From Clostridia bacterium (GTDB lineage: Bacteria; Bacillota; Clostridia; UMGS1883): a stretch of 64,000 nt of DNA. The translations under genes were made by a program, and so were the position numbers. Position 1 is the first letter of the stretch. Every line of letters starts with the position of its first letter. The stretch lies in the NCBI GenBank assembly GCA_045636425.1, contig JAZTXM010000006.1, forward strand, positions 8,784 to 72,783, written 5' to 3'. The notes under the pieces were generated by a model. The model ran no database searches and was not told where the DNA came from. It saw only the letters and a program-made list of their open reading frames with translations. Below, in pieces: positions 30,173 to 39,833 of this stretch.

Positions 30173-32452
30173 ATGAAAATAAAAATAACAGCACTTATAA
30201 CAGCTTTAATGATGCTTGTAAATATCGGAGCATTTGCCGCATTTGAGGACATAAATGTCAACACAGGCGTGGGAAATGCCGTTAAACAGCTTGTGCAGTT
30301 GGGGATAATAAACGGCTATCCCGACGGCACATTCAGACCCGAGGACACTTTGACCCGCGGTCAGTTTGCAAAGATTGCCGTATGTATGCTGGGGGACGAA
30401 CAGCAGGCAGCTTCACGCAGTGCAAACGCCATTTTCAGCGATGTTCCCACAGAACATTGGGCAAGCGGATATATTAATTACATAGCAGAACGTCAGATAA
30501 TAAACGGTTATCCCGACGGCACCTTTGGAGCAGAGGACACCATTAATTACGCCCAGGCACTCACCATTCTTATAAGGCTTTTAGGGTATACGGGCGAGGA
30601 TGTTGCATACAAGTGGCCCGATGGCTATATTACCAAAGCACAGTCCCTCGGAATTACCAATGGAATATCCTTCGGAACATATGAAAACATCACACGCGGC
30701 AATGCGGCATATGTAATATATAACACCCTCCTTGCCGATAAAAAGGAGGGCTCATCCCTTTCGCTTTTAAGCTCCTCCTCCGTAAAGGATGTTGTAATTT
30801 ACGCTGATAACAGCATCAATGCAGGGCTTGCAATAGGAAATATTGAAACAACAAACGGAGTATATAAGCTTGCCGATAACTCAAATATCACCTCCGAGGT
30901 TTACGGAAGATTAGGTACATTGTATCTGGACGGCGAAAAGAGGGCAACGGCGTTTGTTCCCGAAAACGAAAATGTGAGAAGCGTTACCCTTTCAAGTGCC
31001 GCCGTAAGCGGTGACGGCAGAAGGGTGGAAATCGGCTTTACGGAAAATGGAACAGCAAAGGCTGAAAGCCTTCCTGCAAATGCACCCCTTTATTACGAGG
31101 GTAAAGCTTCTACGCTTTCGCAGGGTGCGGCAAAGCTTGAGGCAGGAAGTGAAGCACTCCTTCTTTACGCAGATGACGGAAGCTTTGCAAGAATGTATTT
31201 AAAGGAAAGCACTCTTTCGGGACCGAGAACGGTTACCTCAGGCTATTCTCAGATTTATTCTTTCTTTAGCATTGTAAACAGCGGCACGATGAAAGTAATC
31301 CGTGACGGACGAAACGCGACGCTTTCCGAAATTCAGGCATATGATGTCGTATATTATATGGCAGGCAATAACACCCTCTATGCCTACACCGATAAGGCAA
31401 GCGGTGTTTATGAGGAAGCATATCCCCTTAAGTCAAACGTAACAAGCGTTAAAGTAGGCGGTAAGGAATATTCCCTCTCCACTCAAACGGCAATCGGAAA
31501 AATGAATACCTCCGAGGGTGCATTTGAACTGGGAGAGCGTGTAACCTTACTCTTTGGCAGAGACGGCGAAGTTGTGGACGTTGTAAACCTTGCGGCAGTG
31601 GGAAGCCTTGATTTGGTCGTTCTGACAAAAAGCTACAAGGAAATATCACAGGAAACCGAGACGCTGGGAAAAAGCACGAACTATGTCACAGTAGTACTTC
31701 CCGACGGAGGCGAGGTTACCTACGAAGCAGACCGTGACTATAGTGACTATGTGGGAAATGTGATGAAAGTTAAATATGAAAACAACGTAGCAAAGCTTAC
31801 CGTAGTATCGCACACGAATATATACGGAGATTTTGATTCCTCAATACCCTCTTTGGGAGAATATTGGCTTTCAGAAAATTGTGCGATTCTTGAGCTTGTG
31901 GAAAATACCGCCAGCGGTGCAACTGTAAAAAAGATTGAGCTGCGTGACATTGTTACCGACAGCCTTACTAAGAATCAGGTGCTTCATGCAGAAACAAGCG
32001 GAGCACTCAGGGATATCACATTCCTTTACGTGACCGATGTTACAAAAACAGATGCAGATTTCGGCGTGGTAACGGAGGTCAACAAAAACAAGTATACAGT
32101 TTTAATTGATGACAGGACCACCCAAATCGAAACGGCAGTGAAGCTTGAACGCGGCTGCGCAGTGGAAATTCAGCAGACAAGCGACGGACAGATTGCAAAA
32201 AGGCTTACAAATGTAGGCTCGGCATCAAAGATAGAGGGCTACAGCGGAAGCAGAATCCGTGTAAACGGAAAGAACTATATCCTAAGTGATTATGTGAAAG
32301 TTTACGGAGGAACCTACGCAAATGAGTACACATCTATGTCGGTGTCGGAGCTTACAAACAGTGAAAATATTCAGAATATTACGCTGTATTCCGACAGGTC
32401 GCTTTCAAGCGGAGGCATCGTCAGAGTGATTGTGGTTAAGACAAAAAATTAA
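30173..32452 (+). CDS. SLH-domain cell-surface protein (759 aa)
   Basis: Signal peptide plus three N-terminal S-layer-homology repeats (GYPDGTFRPEDTLTRGQFAKI and similar). Confidence 0.8.
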   Translation: MKIKITALITALMMLVNIGAFAAFEDINVNTGVGNAVKQLVQLGIINGYPDGTFRPEDTLTRGQFAKIAVCMLGDEQQAASRSANAIFSDVPTEHWASGYINYIAERQIINGYPDGTFGAEDTINYAQALTILIRLLGYTGEDVAYKWPDGYITKAQSLGITNGISFGTYENITRGNAAYVIYNTLLADKKEGSSLSLLSSSSVKDVVIYADNSINAGLAIGNIETTNGVYKLADNSNITSEVYGRLGTLYLDGEKRATAFVPENENVRSVTLSSAAVSGDGRRVEIGFTENGTAKAESLPANAPLYYEGKASTLSQGAAKLEAGSEALLLYADDGSFARMYLKESTLSGPRTVTSGYSQIYSFFSIVNSGTMKVIRDGRNATLSEIQAYDVVYYMAGNNTLYAYTDKASGVYEEAYPLKSNVTSVKVGGKEYSLSTQTAIGKMNTSEGAFELGERVTLLFGRDGEVVDVVNLAAVGSLDLVVLTKSYKEISQETETLGKSTNYVTVVLPDGGEVTYEADRDYSDYVGNVMKVKYENNVAKLTVVSHTNIYGDFDSSIPSLGEYWLSENCAILELVENTASGATVKKIELRDIVTDSLTKNQVLHAETSGALRDITFLYVTDVTKTDADFGVVTEVNKNKYTVLIDDRTTQIETAVKLERGCAVEIQQTSDGQIAKRLTNVGSASKIEGYSGSRIRVNGKNYILSDYVKVYGGTYANEYTSMSVSELTNSENIQNITLYSDRSLSSGGIVRVIVVKTKN

Positions 32453-32461
32453 ACAGGTAAC

Positions 32462-32508
32462 AAAAAGAACAGACACCCACAAACGTGGATGCCTGTTCTT
32501 TTTGGCGC
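32462..32508. terminator. Hairpin plus T-tract terminator after the SLH gene. It is the first of three similar bidirectional hairpins in the repeat array
   Basis: gaacagacaccc...ggatgcctgttc hairpin followed by TTTTT; A-tract on the 5' side. Confidence 0.6.
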
Positions 32509-33190
32509 GCCCCCTGGGATTCTACCCGTTTGCGGTGCCCGACATATGTCTGCGGCGATAAATCACCTTGCCATCTGTCGACCGCTGCACAACCCTATGC
32601 CTTCCCTTCATCCGCCACCGGCGGCGGTCAGGCTCGGTTCCCCCTCCCCACGGGTCGGGGCTTCGAATCCCTTTTATCAAGCAAAAAAACAAAAGATACC
32701 CACTTCGTAGGTATCTTTCGCTTTTTTTGGCGTGCCCCGGGATTCTACCCGTTTGCGGTGCCCGACATATGTCTGCGGCGATAAATCGCCTTGCCCCCTG
32801 TCGACCGCTGCACAACCTGCACCCTCGCTTCATCCGCCATCGGCGGCGCTCGGGCTCGGTTCCCCCTCCCCACGGGTCGGGTTTTCGAATCCCTTTTAAT
32901 TCAAGCAAAAAGAAACAGACACCCACTGACGTGAATGTCTGTTCTTTTTGGCGTGCTTGGAGGGATTCGAACCCCCGACCCTTTGGTTCGTAGCCAAATA
33001 CTCTATCCAACTGAGCTACAAGCACACATTATTCAATTTTACGTTTGTTCGAATCCGGGATTCTACCCGTTTGCGGTGCCCGACATCTGTCAGCGGTGAT
33101 AAATCACCTTGTCATCTGTCGACCGCTGCACACCCCTGCGCCTTCCCTTCGTCCGCCACAGGCGGCGGTCAGGCTCGGTTCCCCCGCCCC
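32503..33190. repeat. Tandem array of about 215-225-bp repeat units: R1 32503-32690, R2 32727-32900 and a partial R3 33056-33190, interleaved with hairpin terminators and the tRNA-Arg gene
   Basis: R1, R2 and R3 are roughly 85-90% identical over about 160 bp (gggattctacccgtttgcggtgcccgacatatgtctgcggcgataaatcacc...). On the minus strand R1 and R2 end ...CGGGTAGAATCCCGGGGCACGCCA, which resembles the tRNA T-arm, acceptor and CCA. Confidence 0.8.
32941..33017 (-). tRNA. tRNA-Arg (anticodon ACG), CCA encoded
   Basis: Manual cloverleaf: acceptor GUGCUUG/CAAGCAC, D-arm GCUCAGUUGGAUAGAGU, anticodon loop CUACGAA, T-arm GGGGGUUCGAAUCCCUC. Closely resembles E. coli tRNA-Arg(ACG). Confidence 0.85.
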
Positions 33191-33234
33191 TTTGGTTCGT
33201 AGCCAAATACTCTATGGGGCTGAGCTACAAGCAC
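33187..33234 (-). pseudogene. 5' fragment of tRNA-Arg (acceptor 5' strand through anticodon arm, diverged D-loop) fused to repeat unit R3
   Basis: Minus-strand GTGCTTGTAGCTCAGCCCCATAGAGTATTTGGCTACGAACCAAAGGGG matches the first roughly 45 nt of the intact tRNA but lacks the T-arm and 3' acceptor. Confidence 0.55.
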
Positions 33235-33389
33235 ATATTATTAAACAAATCTTTTCAAACGCATTGACTATAATAACACATAAATCCGAAAAAAGCAAGA
33301 CTTATTTTGCAAAATTTTCAAATTTTATTACACTTTGCTCTATTTCAATTGACAAAAGGTTTCTTCTAATGATATACTAACTTATTATA

Positions 33390-34709
33390 ATGGAAAGAAT
33401 TTTTTCTCAGAAAGAGGTAATGACAATGAAGGACTACAAAATCGGCACCAAATGTATTCAGGCAGGCTACACTCCAAAAAACGGTGAACCTCGTCAGATT
33501 CCCATTTATCAGAGTACTACTTTTAAATATGATACAAGTGAAGAAATGGGTAAGCTTTTTGACCTTGAGGCATCGGGCTATTTCTACAGCCGACTTCAGA
33601 ATCCCACCAACGATTGTGTTGCGGCACGTATTGCGGCTCTTGAGGGCGGCAGTGCGGCAATGCTTACATCAAGCGGTCAGGCAGCATCATTTTACAGCGT
33701 ATTCAATATCGCTTCCTGCGGTGACCATGTAGTTTCTTCTTCTGCAATTTACGGAGGTACGTTTAACCTCTTTGCTGTTACCATGAAGCGTATGGGTATC
33801 GAATTTACTTTTGTAGCTCCCGATTGCACAGATGAGGAGCTTGAGGCGGCTTTCCGTCCTAATACAAAAGCAGTGTTCGGCGAAACTATTGCAAACCCTG
33901 CCCTTGATGTACTTGATATCGAGCGTTTTGCCAATGCGGCACACGCACACGGAGTTCCGCTTATTATAGACAACACCTTTGCCACTCCAATAAACTGCCG
34001 TCCCATCGAGTGGGGTGCGGATATTGTAACCCATTCCACAACTAAGTATATGGACGGACATGCAAGCGGTGTGGGCGGATGTATTGTAGACAGCGGAAAG
34101 TTCGACTGGACAAAATACCCCGATAAATTCCCCGGACTCTGCACTCCCGACGACAGCTATCACGGCGTAACATATACCGAGAGATTCGGACTTGAAGGAG
34201 CATATATAACAAAAGCTACTGCACAGCTCATGCGTGACCTCGGCTCTATCCAGGCTCCGCAGAATGCATATCTTATCAATCTCGGTCTTGAGAGCTTGCA
34301 GGTAAGAATGGCTCGCCACTGCGAAAATGCACAGGCAGTTGCCGAATATGTGAAAAACCATGAAAAAATTGCTTGGGTGCGTTACTGCGGACTTGAGGGT
34401 GACAAGAACTACGAGCTTGGACAAAAATATCTTCCGGGTGGCTCCTGCGGTGTAATCTCCTTTGGCGTTAAGGGCGGAAGACTGGCGGCAGAAAAATTCA
34501 TGAAGAATCTTAAGCTTGCTTCTATCGAAACACATGTAGCAGATTCTAAAACCTGCTGTCTGCACCCTGCAAATGCAACTCACCGTCAGATGAATGATGA
34601 CGAGCTTCGTGCGGCAGGTGTAGCTCCCGACCTTATCCGTTTCTCCTGCGGTCTTGAGGAAAAGGAAGATATCATCGCAGATATTGCACAGGCACTTGAA
34701 ACTATATAA
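33390..34709 (+). CDS. metY: O-acetylhomoserine aminocarboxypropyltransferase (sulfhydrylase), PLP-dependent
   Basis: Cys/Met metabolism PLP family with a PLP-lysine region (HSTTKYMDGH). Confidence 0.85.
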   Translation: MERIFSQKEVMTMKDYKIGTKCIQAGYTPKNGEPRQIPIYQSTTFKYDTSEEMGKLFDLEASGYFYSRLQNPTNDCVAARIAALEGGSAAMLTSSGQAASFYSVFNIASCGDHVVSSSAIYGGTFNLFAVTMKRMGIEFTFVAPDCTDEELEAAFRPNTKAVFGETIANPALDVLDIERFANAAHAHGVPLIIDNTFATPINCRPIEWGADIVTHSTTKYMDGHASGVGGCIVDSGKFDWTKYPDKFPGLCTPDDSYHGVTYTERFGLEGAYITKATAQLMRDLGSIQAPQNAYLINLGLESLQVRMARHCENAQAVAEYVKNHEKIAWVRYCGLEGDKNYELGQKYLPGGSCGVISFGVKGGRLAAEKFMKNLKLASIETHVADSKTCCLHPANATHRQMNDDELRAAGVAPDLIRFSCGLEEKEDIIADIAQALETI

Positions 34710-34728
34710 ACCCAAGGAGGGATAGAAT

Positions 34729-35646
34729 ATGCCCATTAAAATTCCCGACAAACTTCCTGCGGCAAAAATCCTTGCCGATGAGAATATATTTGTAATGCCG
34801 CAAAAGCGTGCGGCAACACAGGATATCAGACCGCTGAGAATAGGTATACTGAATCTGATGCCCACCAAAATTGAGACGGAAACCCAGCTTGCACGGCTTC
34901 TGGGAAATACGCCGCTTCAGGTAGAGGTTGAGCTTATTCAGGTCAGCACCCATAAAGCGAAAAACGTTTCGGCAGAGCATATGCTGGCTTTCTATAAAAC
35001 CTTTGACGAGATCAAGGATCAAAAGTTTGACGGCTTCGTAATCACGGGTGCTCCCGTTGAAAAATTAGAATTTGAAGAAGTGGACTATTGGGAGGAGCTT
35101 TGCACCATTATGGAGTGGACGAAAACCAATGTTCATTCTACCTTCCATATTTGCTGGGGTGCACAGGCGGCACTTTACTATCATTTCGGAATAAAAAAAT
35201 ACCCTCTTGAGGAAAAGCTTTCTGGAGTATATAAGCATCGTGTGGTTTATAAAAACCCCATGCTTATGCGTGGCTTTGATGATGAATTTATGGTACCTCA
35301 TTCAAGGCATACCACCGTTCGTATTGAGGATATTGAGAAATGCAAAGCCATTAAAATCCTTTCCGTCTCCGATAAGGCAGGGCTTTATGCCGCGGCAACG
35401 GCTAAGGGAAAGCAGATCTTCATCACAGGCCATAGTGAGTATGATCGTGATACTTTAAAAAAAGAATATCTGCGTGACGAGGCGGCAGGTATGAACCCCA
35501 AAGTTCCCGAAAATTATTTCCCCGACGATGATCCTACGAAGGACCCCATCGTAACATGGAGAGGCCATGCAAACCTTATTTATTCCAACTGGCTTAACTA
35601 TTTTGTATATCAGAGTACACCCTTTGATATATCCGAAATCAAATAA
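34729..35646 (+). CDS. metA: Homoserine O-acyltransferase (MetA family)
   Basis: [11 protein letters not shown]...[11 protein letters not shown]-terminus typical of MetA; catalytic Cys region [11 protein letters not shown]. Confidence 0.85.
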   Translation: MPIKIPDKLPAAKILADENIFVMPQKRAATQDIRPLRIGILNLMPTKIETETQLARLLGNTPLQVEVELIQVSTHKAKNVSAEHMLAFYKTFDEIKDQKFDGFVITGAPVEKLEFEEVDYWEELCTIMEWTKTNVHSTFHICWGAQAALYYHFGIKKYPLEEKLSGVYKHRVVYKNPMLMRGFDDEFMVPHSRHTTVRIEDIEKCKAIKILSVSDKAGLYAAATAKGKQIFITGHSEYDRDTLKKEYLRDEAAGMNPKVPENYFPDDDPTKDPIVTWRGHANLIYSNWLNYFVYQSTPFDISEIK

Positions 35647-35710
35647 ATGAAACACTGCTGCACTTGACAAAAAGGAAATATGTGCTATAATGTATGCGTA
35701 AGATTATGTC

Positions 35711-37027
35711 TTGCGCATACATTTATTTTTTAAAGGAGTGATTGTCCTAATGGACGGGAGTAGTATACCGATATTTGTACTGCTACTAATCGTGCTGATT
35801 ATGTTATCGGCATATTTCAGCGCATCGGAGACGGCGTTTTCGTCGTACAATCGTGTGAGGATGAAGAGCGAGGCAGAGGATAAAAAAGGAAAGAAAGCCC
35901 GCCGTGTTCTTTTTCTCAGCGAAAATTATGAGAAGCTTATCTCAACCATACTTATCGGCAATAACATTGTAAACATAGTTGCAACCTCTATTGCAACGTT
36001 GCTTTTCACGCATCTTTTGCCGAATAATGAGGCAGTGGCAGCCACTGCTTCAACCGTTGTGATGACCCTTGCGGTTCTTACCTTTGGCGAAATCACGCCC
36101 AAGACCATTGCAAAGCGTACAGCGGACGGCTTTAGTAAAAAGGTTGTAGGAAGCCTCAGCTTTCTTACTATGCTGTTCACCCCTCTTACTGCGATTTTCA
36201 ACCTGTGGCAAAAGTTCGTTATGAGCTTTGTCAAGGGAACGGATGATGATAATGTCACAGAAGATGAAATTATCACGGTTGTTGAAGAAGCGGCAGAAGA
36301 CGGCGAAATTGACGAACAGGAAAGCGAATTAATAAAGAACGTAATCAAGTTCAGTGACCTTGATGTTAATGATATTCTAACACCTCGTGTGGACGTTGCC
36401 GCCGTGGATATTTCATGGGACAGGGAGCGTATCTCTAAGGTGTTTGCGGAAACGGAGTTTTCCCGTCTTCCCATTTATGAAGAAAATATCGATAATATTG
36501 TGGGCATACTGTATCAGAAGGATTTTTCAAACCATGCAGATATAGATGTGTCCAAGCTTGTAAAGCCCGTTAAATTTATTTTCTCCTCGATGAAAATCTC
36601 AAGGCTTCTTAAGCTTTTCCAGGAAAGTAAATGCCACATGGTTGTCGTAAATGATGAGTACGGTGGTACGGAAGGTATCGTTACCTTAGAGGACGTTATA
36701 GAATCCCTTGTAGGCGAAATCTATGACGAGCATGACGAAGTGGTTGAAGATATTGTGAAGCTTTCCGAGGACAGGTTCCGTGTGCTCGGAAGTACAAGCA
36801 TTGATAAATTTATGGAATTTTTCGCTCTTGAACAGGAGGAAGGCGAGGACGATTCGGATATTACCACCGTAAGCGGCTTTGCAGCACATAATCTGGAAAA
36901 AATTCCCGACCAGGGCGATCGTTTTGAATACGAAAATTTAAAAATTGTTATTACCAAGACAGACAGCAATCGTGTGCTTGAATCTGTGGTAACGGTTTTC
37001 CCCAAGGAGCCGGAGCCTGAGGAGTGA
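35711..37027 (+). CDS. Hemolysin-family/CNNM transporter (DUF21 + CBS pair + CorC_HlyC)
   Basis: N-terminal 4-TM DUF21, tandem CBS domains and a C-terminal CorC/HlyC domain. Confidence 0.75.
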   Translation: MRIHLFFKGVIVLMDGSSIPIFVLLLIVLIMLSAYFSASETAFSSYNRVRMKSEAEDKKGKKARRVLFLSENYEKLISTILIGNNIVNIVATSIATLLFTHLLPNNEAVAATASTVVMTLAVLTFGEITPKTIAKRTADGFSKKVVGSLSFLTMLFTPLTAIFNLWQKFVMSFVKGTDDDNVTEDEIITVVEEAAEDGEIDEQESELIKNVIKFSDLDVNDILTPRVDVAAVDISWDRERISKVFAETEFSRLPIYEENIDNIVGILYQKDFSNHADIDVSKLVKPVKFIFSSMKISRLLKLFQESKCHMVVVNDEYGGTEGIVTLEDVIESLVGEIYDEHDEVVEDIVKLSEDRFRVLGSTSIDKFMEFFALEQEEGEDDSDITTVSGFAAHNLEKIPDQGDRFEYENLKIVITKTDSNRVLESVVTVFPKEPEPEE

Positions 37028-37064
37028 TAGTATTAAAAGGTTTTTTAGATTTATATTCGATGTA

Positions 37065-37856
37065 ATGTCCTCCTCTAAAAAGGACAGCATCGGCGCATAT
37101 ACTGCTAATGCGGCATTTTTCATCACTGTTTCATTTATCCCATTTATAATGCTGCTTATAAGTATACTTAGATTTTTGCCTTTGGGTGAAATTCAGATGA
37201 TTGAGCATATTGCATCGATTTTTCCTGCTGCGGCAAGGGATATCGCATCTACGATAATAGCAGAATCCTACGATAAGGGCGGCAGTGCCTTAATTTCCAT
37301 TGCGGCAGTGACAACTCTGTGGGCGGCTTCCGTAGGAATCCATTCCCTTTCCAAGGGGATAGACCGCATCTATAATTCGGACAAGCCCAATAGCATTATT
37401 AAACTCCGCCTTAAAAGCATGGTTTATACTCTTGCAGTATTTGCGGTAATGATTTTTTGGTTAGGATTGCTTGTTTTTGGAGATACTGTTAGCAGAGAGA
37501 TAATAAGGGACTTTCCAAGGCTTTCCCCGATAGTAAGGATTCTCTCGAATATGGACGGACTTTGGGCGTTTTTGGTACTTACGCTGTTCTTCCTTGCAAT
37601 GTATACCGTGATTCCTTCTAAAAAAGTGCGTTTTATAGCACAGATTCCTGGAGCGTTAATCAGCGGGGTGGGCTGTCTGGGAATTTCGAGGTTTTTCACC
37701 CAATATTACACAAGCGTTTTAGGGTTTTCCCCGGTTTACGGCGGACTTACAATTTTGGTTTTCTTCATGCTGTGGCTGTTCTTCTGCCTGTACGCTCTTT
37801 TTATAGGTGCAGAAGTAAACAAATGTATGGGTGAAAGATTAGAAGCTGAAATTTAA
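37065..37856 (+). CDS. YihY/BrkB family membrane protein
   Basis: Six TM helices; YihY-like N-terminus. Confidence 0.65.
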   Translation: MSSSKKDSIGAYTANAAFFITVSFIPFIMLLISILRFLPLGEIQMIEHIASIFPAAARDIASTIIAESYDKGGSALISIAAVTTLWAASVGIHSLSKGIDRIYNSDKPNSIIKLRLKSMVYTLAVFAVMIFWLGLLVFGDTVSREIIRDFPRLSPIVRILSNMDGLWAFLVLTLFFLAMYTVIPSKKVRFIAQIPGALISGVGCLGISRFFTQYYTSVLGFSPVYGGLTILVFFMLWLFFCLYALFIGAEVNKCMGERLEAEI

Positions 37857-37937
37857 AAAAGTAAAAAATAACTCTTTGACAAAAAATCTCAAAAGTGGTA
37901 TAATAATTGTAGAAGTTTAGGAAATCGGAGGCGTGCC

Positions 37938-38432
37938 ATGTACAAGATTGGTGACAGCGTTGTGTATCCTATGCATGGCGCAGGGGTCATAGAGGATATT
38001 GAACAAAAGGAAATTTTAGGTAAAATGCAGTCGTATTATGTCATGCGTATGCCTGTTGGTGATATGAAGGTTATGGTTCCCATGGATAATGCCGCGGAAA
38101 TCGGAATGCGTGACGTTATCTGTAAATCTCAGGCGGAAAAGGTTCTTGAAAGCTTCCGCACCTCTGAGACCGATGTTATACAAAACTGGAGCAAGCGTTT
38201 CCGTGACAATATGGGCAGGATAAAGAGCGGAGATATTTTCGAGGTCTCGGGTGTTGTTAAGAGCCTTATGATGCGTGACCGCCAGAAAGGGCTTAGCACC
38301 GGGGAGCGGAAAATGCTCTCTAACGCAAAGCAGATTCTGATTAGTGAAATTGTGGTGGCAACGGGTGTTGCTCATGACGAAATAGAATCAAAGCTCGCCA
38401 ATATGATTGACGAAGAAATCGGACAGGGATAA
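37938..38432 (+). CDS. carD: CarD/CdnL family transcriptional regulator
   Basis: MYKIGDSVVYPMHGAGVIEDIE matches the CarD_CdnL_TRCF N-terminal domain. Confidence 0.8.
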   Translation: MYKIGDSVVYPMHGAGVIEDIEQKEILGKMQSYYVMRMPVGDMKVMVPMDNAAEIGMRDVICKSQAEKVLESFRTSETDVIQNWSKRFRDNMGRIKSGDIFEVSGVVKSLMMRDRQKGLSTGERKMLSNAKQILISEIVVATGVAHDEIESKLANMIDEEIGQG

Positions 38433-38490
38433 TAGCAGGGGATGTAAAAACGAGTTTTTACATCCCCTTTGAACATAAGGAGGAAATACC

Positions 38491-39660
38491 ATGTATCATA
38501 ATAAAACCGCTTCGGCAGTCATAGTAGCTGCAGGCTCGGGCACACGAATGGGCAGGGACAAGCTTCTCATTGACTTGTGTGGAAAAACCACCATTGTCCG
38601 CAGTGTCGAGGCTTTTAAAAACACAGGTTTTTTTGATGAAATTATACTTGTGGCAAGCGAAAAAAACATGGAATCCATAAGCTCCGAAATGGAAAACCAA
38701 TCCCTTTCGGACGATGTACGTATAATTCTCGGAGGCAGTAGCCGCGGCGAAAGCTCATTTCTTGGTATAAATGCCGCAAAAGGTGAATATGTCCTTATTC
38801 ATGACGCTGCTCGCCCCCTCGTTTCAGCTCAAACCATTGAGGACACCCTCTCTGCTTGTATTAAGAGCGGTGCCGCGGCGGCAGGGGTAAAATCCAAGGA
38901 TACAATTAAACAGGTTTCCCCGGATAATACCATTTCCGCGACAGTTCCCAGGGAATCGGCAGTGCTGATTCAGACCCCCCAGGGCTTTAAACGTGCAGAC
39001 ATTCTGTCTGCATATAGTGAGTACGGCTTTAACGAAACCGACGACTGTTCCCTTATGGAAAAAATGGGGGCAAGCATAGCCATAGTGGAGGGGAGCTACG
39101 AAAATTTGAAGCTTACCACGGCGGAGGATGTTGTAACCGCAGAGGGAATCCTCAAAAAACGCGGCGAAGGAAGGAGTGTTGTTCCCATGCGTGTCGGAAC
39201 AGGCTTTGATACACATAGACTGGTTGAAAACCGTGACCTTATAATAGGCGGAGTAAAAATCCCCTACGAAAAGGGGCTCTTAGGGCATAGCGATGCCGAT
39301 GTACTTATTCATGCAGTGATTGATGCACTCTTTGGAGCGGCGGCATTGGGGGATATCGGAACGCATTTCCCCGATACCGATGATAAGTATAAGGGCGTAT
39401 CAAGCATGCTTCTTTTGGAAGAAGCGGCGCGGCTTATTCGCGAAGAAGGCTATGAAATAGGGAATATAGATGCCACCATCATCGTACAAAAACCAAAAAT
39501 GGCACCCCATATCCCAATCATGTGCCGCAATATTGCCGATGCCGTAAAAACCGATGCTTCACGCATCAGCATTAAGGCGAAAACCAACGAACAAATGGGC
39601 TTCGCCGGCAGAGGCGAAGGAATCGAAGCCCGAGCCGTAGCATTATTATACCGCAACTAA
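38491..39660 (+). CDS. ispDF: Bifunctional IspD/IspF (MEP cytidylyltransferase / MEcPP synthase fusion)
   Basis: N-terminal [13 protein letters not shown] (IspD) and C-terminal GFDTHRL...[30 protein letters not shown] (IspF) in one 389-aa ORF. Confidence 0.8.
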   Translation: MYHNKTASAVIVAAGSGTRMGRDKLLIDLCGKTTIVRSVEAFKNTGFFDEIILVASEKNMESISSEMENQSLSDDVRIILGGSSRGESSFLGINAAKGEYVLIHDAARPLVSAQTIEDTLSACIKSGAAAAGVKSKDTIKQVSPDNTISATVPRESAVLIQTPQGFKRADILSAYSEYGFNETDDCSLMEKMGASIAIVEGSYENLKLTTAEDVVTAEGILKKRGEGRSVVPMRVGTGFDTHRLVENRDLIIGGVKIPYEKGLLGHSDADVLIHAVIDALFGAAALGDIGTHFPDTDDKYKGVSSMLLLEEAARLIREEGYEIGNIDATIIVQKPKMAPHIPIMCRNIADAVKTDASRISIKAKTNEQMGFAGRGEGIEARAVALLYRN

Positions 39661-39668
39661 AATAATTG

Positions 39669-39697
39669 TTGACATTTAACCCACATGGATATATAAT
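39669..39697 (+). promoter_or_regulatory. Consensus sigma-A promoter (TTGACA-17-TATAAT) driving a short sRNA (module A)
   Basis: Perfect -35 and -10 hexamers with a 17-nt spacer. Confidence 0.65.
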
Positions 39698-39703
39698 GAA
39701 TAT

Positions 39704-39775
39704 AGAAAAAGGCAAAACCTCAAACGGTTATGCCAAAGAATAGTTGCAAATTTTAAAGAGTAACCGTCTTTGCCG
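39704..39775 (+). ncRNA. Putative antisense sRNA A, about 72 nt, of a type I toxin-antitoxin-like module
   Basis: Lies between the consensus promoter and an intrinsic terminator (9-bp stem gagtaaccg/cggttactc + TGCTTTT). Overlaps the 3' end of the convergent small hydrophobic ORF. About 85% identical to the paralog at 45688-45779. Confidence 0.5.
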
Positions 39776-39833
39776 AGGCGGTTACTCTGCTTTTATCGCA
39801 AATGTTATTAACAACACAATTGTTAGAAAGAAT
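39762..39833 (-). CDS. Type I toxin-like small hydrophobic peptide, paralog A (IQYILRIFFLTIVLLITFAIKAE). Its start position is ATT rather than ATG, so it is possibly inactivated
   Basis: Homologous to ORF 45629-45697 in sequence and context. Own RBS AGGAGG 8 nt upstream. Promoter TTGAAA-17-TATAAT on the minus strand at 39908-39936. Confidence 0.35.

Noticed and set aside
32503-32900. Reading of minus-strand repeat units as tmRNA or two-piece tmRNA, because of the T-arm/acceptor/CCA-like 3' end
   Set aside because: No tag-peptide reading frame (no ...ALAA-stop-like GCU/GCA run), no 5' GGGG acceptor partner about 300 nt upstream, and the unit length of about 180 nt is far shorter than tmRNA
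32485-33380. Overlapping six-frame ORFs on both strands across the tRNA/repeat array, including a 167-aa minus ORF and 99-141-aa plus ORFs with repeated peptide blocks such as ILPVCGARHMSAAINHLAICRPLH
   Set aside because: The peptide repeats mirror the roughly 220-bp DNA repeats; there are no RBSs or start context; composition is Arg/Gly/Pro-rich as expected from GC-rich non-coding DNA; and the ORFs overlap a bona fide tRNA and terminators
33687-34868. 393-aa minus-strand ORF antisense to metY
   Set aside because: It is entirely antisense to a strongly supported PLP-enzyme CDS, is Cys-rich and low-complexity, and has no start context
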